Below are positions 16,212-30,736 of a stretch of DNA of 64,000 bases, piece after piece. The position numbers and the translations under genes are program-made. The notes below the pieces were generated by a model that saw only the letters and a program-made list of their open reading frames with translations, made no database searches and was not told the DNA's origin. The DNA lies in NCBI RefSeq assembly GCF_009914755.1, contig NC_060944.1; one strand, 5' to 3'. Source of the DNA: the human T2T-CHM13v2.0 reference genome, Homo sapiens. Every line of letters starts with the position of its first letter. The stretch's first letter is position 1.

Positions 16212-17650
16212 TATTTGATATACAGAGGAAATTCCTATTTAAGCATGATCATCATTTCCACACTATTTATTCACCATTTTATATATGTTACTTCATGTTA
16301 TGCTCACAACCATCTAATGAGATAGGCACTATTATTCCCATTTGCTAGGCACTATTAATTTCCATAAAGAAATTTAAAGCTCAGAGAGGTTAACTGATTT
16401 TCCCAAGGATATAGAGAGAGTAAGCATGATGATTAAGAATCCCAACAAGTCTGGCTTCAGAGCCCATCCAGATGGCGATGAAAAGATCTCCAACAATGGC
16501 TATAAGTTCAAGTCACATTACAAATTTTTCCTAATGAACAGAAGTGAACTCTAAAATCCACCCATCAAATTGAAATTTATCACGACACATGCGTGAGTTA
16601 ACAATTCTCCAAAAGGTAATAATATTATAACCACCACTGCTACTATCCCTCACCAGGTATTTGACATGCATCCTCTGAAATCTTCATAACCCCCTGCCAG
16701 ACTGGTAGAATTATTCCCATTGACAGCGGGGAATCTGGGCTCAAAACATCACAGTAATTTGCCCAAGGATGCAGACTCAGTAAGTGGCAAGAGCTGGGAT
16801 TTTAATTCAGCTCTCTCTGACTCCAATGCCTCTTCTCTTTCCAACATGTTGAGTGACCCAAGATGAGATATATTTAAGGGCAAACTAGTCTTCAACAATA
16901 TAGTCAATCTTCACAATTCAGAAGATTCTTGTGAATCTTTCGCAGCTTCGAAACTGAGACAATGCTGGTCTGGAAATGAACATAGCTGGGTGGAAACCAG
17001 GTTTGTCCAGTTAACAGCTGCGTGACTGAGTATGTGCATAACCTCACTAAGACTGCATTTCTTTATAGTAATGCAATTTCACAGGGTCTTGACGTGGATT
17101 AAATGGGATAATGTGTGACATATGTGCAGGTATCAAGGTCTGTGGCACACAGAGGGTACTTTAAGTATTCTTTCTTTAATTATTATCTTTCTTTAGAAAA
17201 TATAAATATGAATTGAGATTTCTGAATGACAGATTTAAGATAAAACAGCTACTATTATACAAGACAGAACACAGAATCTTCGATTCAAGATTAAAATTGC
17301 TGAAAGTATCCTAGAAATCACTGAATATTCATTTATTCACCAACATTAAGTGAGCCCCGACTATGTGTAGGAATTGCGCTAGGCATGGGGGATCAGCAGG
17401 GAAAAGAACAAAATACGGATGATTATGGAGCACAAATTCCAGTAGAAAAAAGTCAGAATAAAATAGAAAAGAGTCTAAAATAAAACACAAAGATAAACAA
17501 GAAGACCATTTCAGAGAGTTAAGTGTTATGGTTGGAGACAGCAAAGCTCCCTCTTATTTGGCTGAGAGGAAAACTGATCTCCAAACCAGAGAAGGGATTT
17601 GATTGGCCAAAGACCCCACCCAGGATTAATGGTGTGTCTTTGTTCTCTAG

Positions 17651-17839
17651 ACCAGCGATTCTCAAATTTTCACATCTATCAGAATCACCTGAAAGGGTTT
17701 AAAAACACAAATTTCTGGGTCCCACGCCAGAGTTTTTTATTCAGTGGATCTGCTATGGAGCCCAAAACTTTGCATTTCTGAAAAGTTCCCAGGTGATGCT
17801 GACACTGCTGGTCCAGGGGCCACACTTTGAAAACCACTG
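17651..17839. mobile_element. MER5A-like DNA transposon
   Basis: CAGCGATTCTCAAA...AGAATCACCTG...TTCCCAGGTGATGCTG...CACACTTTGAAAACCACTG. Confidence 0.8.
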
Positions 17840-18460
17840 CCATTGAGGAACACAACCATACCAGAAAGTAGTGAGGCAGAAAGAGCAGAGGACAAGTACC
17901 CTAACCCCTCTCCTCCTGCCATACCATCTCCTACCAGTGCCAAACTCCATCACTAAACTCAGTCAGGAATCAGAATGCAAAAGAGTCGAGGTCATGTAGC
18001 CTCCTGGAACCCAGTGCAGTACAGAGAAGGGCTCCATTAACACAATTCCCTCCCCTTGCCCCTTTTCACATTAAAGGGTTCAAAACCTCACTGAGGCTTC
18101 CCACTAGTCCTAGTCTCCAAGTGCCTCGGCATCCCTTGTGAGTTCTCTTAACCTCAACCCCGCCACATGAATAGTCCCTTTGTTAAAGCCTCTTGACACA
18201 CAGGAGTTGAATTCTGTTTTCTGTTAAGATCCGGAGAGATACACCACCAGATCCCAGACAGTTCCACTAGTGGGATAATTTCCAAAACTGACAAACAGCT
18301 CTTCTATTTCTTCCTAAAGTAACAGCTATAAAATGCAGGTCAAATATCAGATAATCTTTTTTGCTACACAAATACAAATCGTATATGCAATTCGCAAGCC
18401 CTTGCACAGGCTGTGCAGCAAGATCACTCTAAATACAGCTTGTGGGCCTGGGATGAGCAT

Positions 18461-18580
18461 TAGAGTGACCGACTCATCCTGATTTGTCTCAAACATTCCT
18501 GCGTTTTCAATGAGCACTGAAGGTCCTATGTCCTAGGAACCATCTCCATCCTGGGCAAACGAGGACAATTGGTCACCCCA
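18461..18580. mobile_element. MER94-like (hAT-Blackjack) relic
   Basis: Terminal inverted repeats AGAGTGACC...GGTCACCC. Confidence 0.5.
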
Positions 18581-18862
18581 GCCACGCACTCTTATGTTTT
18601 CTTGCATTTATGATGCCTCCACTGAACTCCCAGCAATAGCACTATAACCAAGGATGGCTAGTATTTATGGAGCACTTTCCATGAGCCTGGCTCCTTGCTA
18701 AGCATTTGACATACCTCACCTCATTAATTTCTCACAACCATCCTACAAGCAAGTTACTACAATTTGCCTCATTTCACAGATGATAAAATCGAGGCTCAAA
18801 GGGTTTAAGTAGCTTGTTCAGGTCACACATACAGCTTATAAATTAGCACAGGCTTAACTTGA

Positions 18863-19273
<411 letters not shown>

Positions 19274-21520
19274 TAACACTGCAGTCACAGAGCGGAAACT
19301 TAGAGGGGATCTACATGTTCTTCATTTTAAGGCACACAATGAAAAAGTCAACCGCAAGGTGTTTGGTGCCTTTGGAAAATCAGAGATAAAATTATGCAGG
19401 CCCTTATATCTCAGAATCAGAGATTCTTGCAGCAAAATCTGTGGCATTCAACACCTGATGCATCCTACAAATGCAAAAGCAGTCCCATCTGATGCCTTGG
19501 CTTCGAACTCTTATTTGTAAAACTGGAATAATGATCACCTGTCTTAAATCCACAAGGTGGTTGTCCTGTGGAGAAAGTAAACTCAACTAACTCTGTCCAG
19601 CCAGAAGTGTTTTCCTAAACTGCTGTGCTTGCGGGAGCCCCAGAGGTCCAAAGTCCACAGTGTGGGGTGATCCCTGGGGTTTGGTATACGGCACCTTCAG
19701 GTGCTGGGTCCCCAGTGTGAAATCAGGGGCAGCTATATCTAGGGGCTCAACCTCTGTTCCAGGACAGGTGAGGGTCCTTCCCTCAGAATTACCTGCTTGT
19801 ATGACTGGGATAGTTGAGACTCACTTGTTGGGGAGATGGAGCTTCCTTCTGGGAAAGACAGTCTCTCTCTCCTGTACTTCTTATTCCCATAAAAATCTTC
19901 TAACATTCGACATCACATGGTGATTAAGAACCTGGACTCTGAATGAGACGACCACAGTGTGATTGTGACCAAGCCCTTGAACCTCCATAAAACCAATTAT
20001 CTTATCTGATACATGGGATTGCTGTGTCTGCCTCATGGGATCATTATGAGAATTAAATGCAGTCTTAGAATTTCCCCAAAGACATGCTCATTGAAAATTC
20101 TGAACAAAGGCTTTCCACCCAGTAATTTCAAACAGGACCTAATTTTCTCCATAAGTATGAATTTTGCACAGCACATGGCACAAAGTAAGCCAGACAGAGA
20201 GAACATAAAGTAATGCCCAAGAACACAGAATCTAGCCTTGAATTCCTCTGGCTCAAGTCAAGTTCCCACACTGACTAGCTGTGTGACCTAGGGCTTGCTA
20301 CTTAACCACTCTGTTCCTCAGTTTTGATGATCATTATACCTACATCATAACAGTGTTATGAAAACTCAAGGAGTGATAATTAGTAAAACCCTTGAAAAGT
20401 ATCTGGCCCATTACAAGTATTTAAAGCATGTAATAATGTTAGTGCTTCCTATTTGGTAGTCATTTCATCTCCTGCATTTATTCCTCCGATTTTCAGTTTA
20501 GATCCTTCATATTCAGCAGACCCTGCTGCACCTGTGATTTTCATAACTCTTGAATCTAGTCCCTGTTATTATCGCCCATCATCCATCATTTCACCATATG
20601 ATTTTTCCCCTTCTTGCATTTTCTGCTTTTCATTCCAACTTGAGCCAAATGCTCTTCTCCTCTGTATACTCTTTTGGGTTTAGAAACCTTCCTCCCAGGA
20701 AAGTGAAAATCCCTGCTGTCATATTCGAATGTGGACAGTTCTAATGGAGTCACTGTTTGAAATGAACAATCCTGGAAACAGGTTGCTTTATCTCCTGGAC
20801 CTGGGGATTTCAAAACTTATTCCTTTTGAACAACCAAACCATGAGTAGTGTCAAATAACAAAACTGATCCATTGGGAAAATATATTTTAATATATTTAAT
20901 CTTTATCAAAGATATCCAATGATTTGGTTTTCAGAACATAAAATAAAAATCCTAAAGTCAGAGGCCTAGAAGTTTAGTCTTTAAGAAACATAGAAATCAT
21001 CTGGACATTTCACAGATGGGAAAGTGATGCCCAAGTTCACAGCATCTCTAAACATTGAAAAGACTGCGCAACATTATTCTTTGAGTCAAATGTGCCTTTC
21101 TGACGCCTCAGGCAAACCTAAGGCCAAAGGCTGTCCTATGAAAGAATCTCTGCTATTTCTCTGGGATGCGAGGAAGTCTCCTCCATGGAGATGCCAGGAA
21201 AGAGAAAGAGACGGAGGTGTGACAAGGGAATAGAACTGATGGCTAAGAAGGTCCCCTCCACGGGCCCCATGCACTCCTGTTCAAATGTCTCCCTGTGTCT
21301 GTGATAAAGTTCTCTATTTCCCTTCTTCTGCATGATGCAGGGGTGTTAGGATTCCCAAGAGAAATCCTTTACAAACTCGGAAATAAGGCCTTCCATATAG
21401 AAAATAAAACCTAAATTTGTCTTGAAAAGATGACAGAAGCAAACTGTACATATATTTAAAATTCCTATTATCTGTACCTTATTAATAAATCTTAAATTTC
21501 AAGAACATCTCTTGGAGCTG

Positions 21521-22365
21521 TGACTGTGCCACTGCACTCCAGCCGGGCAACAGAACAAGACTCCGGGCTCTGACTGTGCCACTGCACTCCAGCCTGGCAA
21601 CAGAGCGAGACCCCGGGCTCTGACTGTGCCACTGCACTCCAACCTGGCAACAGAGCGAGACCCCGGGCTCTGACTGTGCCACTGCACTCCAGCCTGGCAA
21701 CAGAGCGAGACTCCGGGCTCTGACTGTGCCACTGCACTCCAACCTGGCAACAGAGCGAGACCCTGGGCTCTGACTGTGCCACTGCACTCCAGCCTGGCAA
21801 CAGAGCGAGACCCTGGGCTCTGACTGTGCCACTGCACTCCAGCCTGGCAACAGAGCGAGACCCTGGGCTCTGACTGTGCCACTGCACTCCAGCCTGGCAA
21901 CAGAGCGAGACCCTGGGCTCTGACTGTGCCACTGCACTCCAGCCTGGCAACAGAGCGAGACCCTGGGCTCTGACTGTGCCACTGCACTCCAGCCTGGCAA
22001 CAGAGAGAGACCCTGGGCTCTGACTGTGCCACTGCACTCCAGCCTGGCAACAGAGCGAGACCCTGGGCTCTGACTGTGCCACTGCACTCCAGCCTGGCAA
22101 CAGAGCGAGACCCTGGGCTCTGACTGTGCCACTGCACTCCAGCCTGGCAACAGAGAGAGACCCTGGGCTCTGACTGTGCCACTGCACTCCAGCCTGGCAA
22201 CAGAGCGAGACCCTGGGCTCTGACTGTGCCACTGCACTCTAGCCTGGCAACAGAGCGAGACCCTGGGCTCTGACTGTGCCACTGCACTCCAGCCTGGCAA
22301 CAGAGCGAGACCCTGGGCTCTGACTGTGCCACTGTACTCTAGCCTGGCAACAGATCGAGACCCTG
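21521..22365 (+). repeat. Minisatellite, 17 x 50 bp, derived from the Alu right-arm 3' end
   Basis: Unit TGACTGTGCCACTGCACTCCAGCCTGGCAACAGAGCGAGACCCTGGGCTC starts every 50 nt from 21521 to 22321 and matches the Alu segment TGTGCCACTGCACTCCAGCCTGG(G)CAACAGAGCGAGACCCTG. Confidence 0.97.
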
Positions 22366-25300
22366 AGATATGATTGCACAGCGGCACAATCATAGCTCAC
22401 TGCAGCCGCAAACAGACATCACTTTTTAAAGGAATAACTGAAATGCAGAAATATTACAAAGAGAAGTGCAATTAACACCTAGGTTCTTCTCCACCAAGAA
22501 TTATCAACCAATTTTAACAAATTTTCTTAAAGTATGTTCTCCTTTTCAAAAGCAACAGAATATCACGGACAAAGGCAAAATGCCCTTTATCCACCATCCT
22601 AGTTCCATTTTTCCCATACCTCTTCTAAAGAGTGTAGCCTTCCATTCTGCTTTCAATGCTGACATAAACTTACATAGTTTGATTATTAATACATATTTGA
22701 TTGATGTATCCATTAAATTACCCCTGTTTTCTTTCCACAGAAGAACATGTGGATTTGCAGATGCTGACTTTGGTTCATGTACCAGAAAATCCTGATATTT
22801 GTAAATAGTCCTTAAATAGATGCCCAGATTATTAGTATGAGGTCATCCAACATGCTGATATAGAAGGGAAGCTGCATAGCAAAAATTGGGATGCTTCTAT
22901 GTACAAGCAGGATTCTGCTAGTTTGAAGAGGTCACTAGACCTCATTAGTAAACCATGAGGCCAGAAAAAGCCAGCCCAAGATATACTACATCTGCTTCAG
23001 CTCTGTGTAGTCACCGCACTCCCATAATATCCTGTATTTTTGGCTAAATAAATAAAAAATGTATAAGTTTGGGAGCACATACAAGGTCCTTGCCAGATAA
23101 TCTGTAACCCATCTGCAATGACGCCATTGGTGTCAGAAGTGGGACAGACATGAAGAGCCCACCACAATGGCCACATTTTGGATAGGGATCAGAATATCAA
23201 AGTAGGACACAATGAGTAAAACATGCCTAAAACATGAGAATTTGCGGGGAGCTGAGTCTAGTGGAATTTATCCATGGTTCTTCTCCCTTCATCCATTTGG
23301 ACCTGACATATAGTGAAAGATGGCTGGGACAAAGGTAGTTAGCACAAGGCAAAATTCCTGGAACCTTTTGTGTGAGCCAAAGCAGTGGTTAGAACTAAGG
23401 ATCTCCAGAAAAGATGAAACCCCAGAAGGAGGAAATATCTGAAGTTTGAGCCAAAAATCTATGGATCACAAAAGGATGCTCTCAAATTAGACATCTGAAA
23501 AGGAAACCTGGAATGGGAAAGATACCAAAGACCCCTAGAATCCCAGGTGGAACAGGTGGTCAGCAGCTTTCCAGGGACAAATGATAACTGCTGAGGCTTT
23601 GGAAGTATGAGGAAATGGGAATGGAATAAAGAAATGCTTCAATGCTCATCAAGCCAACTCTCAGGCAGAACAATTGCAATACAGAGAGATTTACACAAAG
23701 ACATTTAAATATATGTTAAATATTTCGTATGTGGGAAGAGGAAAAGATAATAAGGATAAGAAGTCTGACTTCATCAAGTCAACCTTCAATAAAAAAGTGA
23801 CCCATCAGGAACCTGGCCCCGTTACAGTTTTAAACTAAAAAATTCTGTTTTAAAATATGTGTATACTTTCTAAAGGCAGCAGTAACTTTGAAATTTGTTC
23901 AAATTAATTGCACTTTTCCACCAAAAATGGTGTTCAGAGCATCAAGTCCCAGAAATATTTTCCTACTTGGAACAGGGATCTTCCAAGAGGAAAACTTAAA
24001 GAACTTCATTGAGATGGAAAATTCACCTTGGGAAGTATACCCAGAAAAAGTTTATAAAACTTCTGCTGAAGCAAGGGTGTTGTAGTATCTGGATTTGGTT
24101 GGGTGTTTGCGTGATTAAGCTGGGCATCTCACAAGTTGAAAACCATACATTTCCTCTTTTCCAGTAGGTTCCACTGCTCCTTAGTAAACCTAATAAAAAT
24201 GATCTCAAAACTGCAACTGAAGTGTTAGACAGCTGGCCTCTACCTCATCCCAGACAATTTTGTTTAGGGGAAGATAAACACCCTGAACTGGAGCCAGCTG
24301 AGACACAGGGAGGAAGCTGGCTTTGTGCCTGGCTTCTTTAAGGCTAGAAGCTCTGGGAAAATAACTAATCATTCCTGACACCCACCCTGCAACCCTGATT
24401 TGAGACTGTTTAGAATCTTGGCTCAAAGTTGTGATTTCTGAGCTGAAAGCCACTCCCCCATTCCAATACACACACTTTCTATTTAAAAAGGTGAAAAAAT
24501 AATGCAAAGGTTAAGAGATGGTAAATGGACAATCTTAGGCAGAGGAAAGATTCACTGACAAAGAAAAATGTAACAGTCAAAACATCCAAAGCTCTGGATC
24601 TGAAAAGAGAAGAAAGACTGGACACTGAAATGGCTTTGAGCTCAAAGCTGCAACAGCAGAGCAGAACAAGTTCCTTGACCCAGGCCTGTTAAGTGCATTT
24701 GTGCAGGTTCCACACAACAACAGGCAGCAGCCCTGACCTAGACACCTAGAACATGGTACCCCCACCTCCCTCACACCCAACCTTGCACTGCCAGATGTAG
24801 CAAGACTGAAGGGGACAGGTAATAAATGAGAAACTGCTCAAAAACCCAAGCCCCTGAAAGTGGAGGCCAAACACTTCCCCAAGGCAGATGAAGGGTGAAC
24901 TCAAGGTGTCTTAGAGCACTCGTTCCCAGGGTCACCTTGTAGAAATGACTCAAAAGGACTTAGGGTTGGAACCATCATACATTGGTGCCTCTTCTACCAA
25001 AATACAGATACTGCCTAGACAAGAACAATGGGGATCTTTGGAATCACCACCACCCCCGAATGAAACAATTAAACTGTAAAAACCAGTAAATTCTTGAAGC
25101 ACATCTCCACCAGAAGTCCAATGTCTGGTCAGCCCATTTAGATTCTGACAAAACATCCTTCCTTCACTGCAGGATCTCCTGGGGCCCTAAACACAGTTAC
25201 CTTGAAAAGAATATTGTGACAGTTTCTTCTGTGATGACTGTACTACTGCCACAACAACCAAAACCAAGAGTTCAGGCATGACGTGTTTCAATCCATATAA

Positions 25301-26156
25301 TAACTTACGTGTTTACATCAGACTTTTTAATTGCTATAACTTATCATATTCTCTATGTTAGTTTTATGGAGCCCATTTTTAAACCTCTGGAAATGGGTTA
25401 GAAAGGTCTAAAATAAGCGCCAATTTTAAAAACTGGGATATGTACATGTAATAAAAATATTAAGTTTCAGCTAAATTATATCATAGCCCTAATCTATTGG
25501 TGTTTTTTATAAATTGGTTTTTGTGGAACTTAGATACCAGTGTAAAAATTGTAGTCTTACAAAAACACAGTCGTACTTCAATTTTGGGGGTAAAGGTTGA
25601 AAAGTTTTCTGATGGATCTTCATATTAATTCACTTCTACTTTCTGACATGCCTAATTAACTTCTACAAAACTTAAACTAAATCCCTTCTGAGACACTAAA
25701 TCTCTCTATTCTAAGGCCTTTAAAGAGTGAAAGCCTGACACTGAACTGGCATTAGTGCCCCCAAAATAAAAAGAATTAAAAGATCTGAACACACTTCGAA
25801 GGTTATATTTGTATTTTTCTCCAAGAAACAAGGTTTCCCACACTTGTGTGTGACTTCAGGTTCCTGTGGTGGGCAGCTCCTGAAATGGTTCCCAATGACC
25901 CCCACTTCCTGGCATTCATGCCTGTGATGGTTAATCCTATGTGTCAACTCGGCTGGGCTAACAGATGCCCAGCTAGCTGGTAAGATGTTATTTCTGGGTG
26001 TGTGTGTGAGGGTGTTTCTGGAAGAGATCAGCATTTGCACTGGTCAACTGAGTAAAGCAGATGGCCCTCCCCAATGTGGGTGGGCATCCTCCAATCCACT
26101 GGGGGCCCGAACAGAACAAAAAGGTAGAGAAGGGCGATTCTGCTCTCTTGGCTTGA

Positions 26157-26825
<669 letters not shown>

Positions 26826-28404
26826 TAATATATATGCCCTATTATATATTCTAATATACATAGCCTATTGGTTCTGTTTCTCTGCAGAACTCTAAGACAA
26901 CTTCCTTGTGCAATTCCTTCCCCTTGAGTGTGAGCTGAACCTAGTGACTTGCTTCTGACAGAATATGACAAAGTGATGTGATGTCCCTTCCCAAATTAGG
27001 TTACAAAGGACTGTGACTTCCATCTTGCTCACACTCTCTCCGGCTCTCTCACTTGCTCACTCTGACAAAGCCAGCTGCCACACTGTGAGCTGTCTGATGA
27101 AGTGGCCTGTGTGGCAAGGAACTGAGCGTGGCCTCTAGCAAACAGCTCATGAGAGACGGAGGTCCTCAAGCCAAGAGCCCGTGAGTAAGTGAATCCCGCC
27201 AACAGCCACGGAAGTGAACCTGGAAGCAGACCCTTCCCCATTCAAGCTGAACTGACTGCAGCCTGTGAGGGGCCCTGAGCCACACGACCCAGCTATGCCA
27301 CACAGATTCCTGAGCCAAAGAAATAGTGAGACGATAAAGCCACTGCATTGGGGGAGTGACTTGTTATTAACAGACAATTAATATAGCTCCTTTAGAACAG
27401 GAGTTGGGCCTACTTTTCCTTTTCAGAAAGTTGGTGCCCAAGAAAGAAACATGGACAGCCGGGACCTGACTCTGGACCTGACACTGGGCCCAGGCACTTG
27501 GAGGCCAATTCCAAGATGCTAAAGAAAAAAAGACACGGTGACCTCAGCTTCTCAGTAATACTCACTGAAACACATAATATGGCAATGTGGCAAAATTCTT
27601 TTTAATTAGATTAATGAGTTATCCTATTCAAACTAACTTTACAAAATCAAAGAGATAAACAATCATAAATGCATGCTGTTTAAAACCTCTTTCTTTTCTA
27701 TCCCTAATGCCACCAGCTGTTCCCATTTTACCCTGCTGTATGCCAGTGTTCAAACAAAACACCAAAAATATGCACCCAGATTCCGATGTTCCCACAACAA
27801 AGGGACTAGGGCTCTTTAAATAATAACTACTATTATAATAATATAATAAATAATAACAAACCAAGACGTGGGCCTGAAAATCCTTGTTGTCACTGGAAAA
27901 TAAGGACTCTCTCAAGGAGGTCTGGAGGTGGTAAATAAGAACCTGGTTTGAAGGAGCTTCCAATAGCCAAACTGATCACTTAAGGGGGACACGCACAAAA
28001 GCATAATTACAGTCAATCAGAGGAAGTCAAGATCACCCAAGGCCACTAGTACCTGTGATGATCCAACATGAAGCACTGTTTTTTAAAAGTCCTGCTTGCT
28101 GATGTGAACCCATTCATTCATGCTCAGTTACAAAGAGACAAATGCGTGATCCCTAAGGGATGACTACATAACCACCCACCAGGAGGTCAGGGAGGACCAA
28201 GAGAAATGGGTTTGTGGTCTTGTGTCTGCTCCTAGAACCAACAGGATAAAAGGGGGAGTAAAGCAAAATGAGGGGTGGTCTGAGAAGAAACAGGTTTCCA
28301 AGGTCCTGGGAAGCAGGAGCTGGAACATAACTGTGGAACATGTAGTCGGCAGCACTGCATTCTTCCACAGAAAAGGATAAGCTCCACGACGCTAAGAAAG
28401 TTAG

Positions 28405-28724
<320 letters not shown>

Positions 28725-29544
28725 GTGGTTTGCAAACATCTTTTAAGAGCAGCGCTTGAACTATTAGCGTGAAGTTCCTCCTGGGTGTTGATGGAAGCCC
28801 CCTACAAAGGCAGAGACAAAGCTGGTGCTGAGCTGTTTTCTCCTCTGTTCATCAAACCAAAGGCGCAAAAAAAACAAAACAAAACAAAACAAAAAACGTT
28901 GCATCTGCTCCTGATCCAAGGCACTTCTACTCTTCTGTTAAATCTCTACATCCTTAGCTTAATGAGAAAAGAAATGAATGAATGATCTATTCTCTCCCCC
29001 ACAAATCCATACCCTACCAAAATATTCAGGGTAAAAGTTATTCGTGTCTTTAATTTTAATAGACATTGCCAAATTAGCACTCAGAAAGGCTGTTTCAATT
29101 TTCACTACTCAAAAATGAACAAAGCTACCTAATTGCTCAGATCCTTGTCAAGACTTGATAGTCTTAAACTTTTGCATTTTTGCCAAATTGATGAGGGGAA
29201 AAAATGCTACTTCATAGATTTAATTCACAGTCTAAAGAGCCTTTCAAAGAGCGAGAGATAATGCTTTGCAAATTGCTAATACAACAAACTATTTTGGAAA
29301 CTAGCAAGAGATAAGTCATAGTAACGCCATTTCCTTGGTGCCTGTTTTCTGCCGGGGACCAGGCTTGACAATTTACAGGTATTATCTCCAGCTCTTGCAG
29401 CAATGAGGCATCAGTAGCCCCATTTTACAGATGCAGAAAAAAAGATGCAGAGCACTGAAGTAACTTATCAAGGCCACATCACAAGTGCATTAGGGAGCTG
29501 AGATTTACACATAAGTCTAACTTCACAAAGGCCCGTGGTCAAAT

Positions 29545-30150
29545 AAAAGTTTTAACAGCTTTAGTCCATAAAATTTCATCCATCATCAGGGTACTATTCT
29601 ATACCTTTTAGGAAATGCAGAGTTACACGACCATCACCACCTTCCAGTTTCCAAGTCAAGAAAGTTAGAGGTTTGCAAACATCTCTTGAGAGCAGCATAT
29701 AAACTGTTCTCTCAGGCTCGCTTCCTATAAACCCCTGCTCCATGCCCAACCCTAGGCAACAACTGGTCTGCTGTCTGTCTCCATAGATCTGCCTTATCTG
29801 TGCATCTCATAAAATATACAGTCTCTTACATCCAGCTTCTTTTGTTTAGCATAATGTTCTCGAGGCCCATCCATGGCGTAGCCTGTATCAGCAGTTCATT
29901 CCTTTTTATTCCTAGTCATATTCCCTTGGAGGGATGATGGACATCTGGATTGTTTTCAGGTTTTGGCTTCTGTGAATAATGCTGCTACAAACATTCATGC
30001 TCGTGTCTTTCTGTGGACATATGTTTTCATTTCTGTTGGGTAGATTCCTAGAAGTGGAATTGCTGGATTTTATGGGGAGTGTCTGTTTAACTTTTTAAAG
30101 AAACTGCCAAACTGTTTACCAAAGTGACTCCACCATTTTTTATTCCCTCC
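29545..30150 (-). mobile_element. Old L1 (L1M) 3' fragment
   Basis: Antisense 3' UTR/ORF2 end: TTCATTCCTTTTTATT, GAATAATGCTGCTA, CCTAGAAGTGGAATTGCTGG, AACTGCCAAACTGTT. Confidence 0.8.
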
Positions 30151-30438
30151 AGCATCAAACAAAAATTGTCAACTGAATATTCAAGAAATGTGAGACTTTG
30201 CATCTCTTCCACTTATGCTCCAGGGGACGTGTTTGTGTGTCACACGCACTTTAGCAGCCTGGCTTCAGTGTGAGAAAAAATTAAGTCTGCCACACTGGGG
30301 GACTGCTTCAATTTCCAGGTGACTTACCAGTCTGAAGGTGCATCTGATGGGGTTTCTGCACAGCCCTTCCGTGTGGATATACCTAGGAAGGACTAACTGA
30401 AATAATGCTCACATTTGAAGATAAAATAGGCCCTAATG

Positions 30439-30736
<298 letters not shown>

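Noticed and set aside
21521-22365. CRISPR-like array
   Set aside because: Units are directly tandem with no unique spacers, are Alu-derived, and the context is mammalian with no cas genes.
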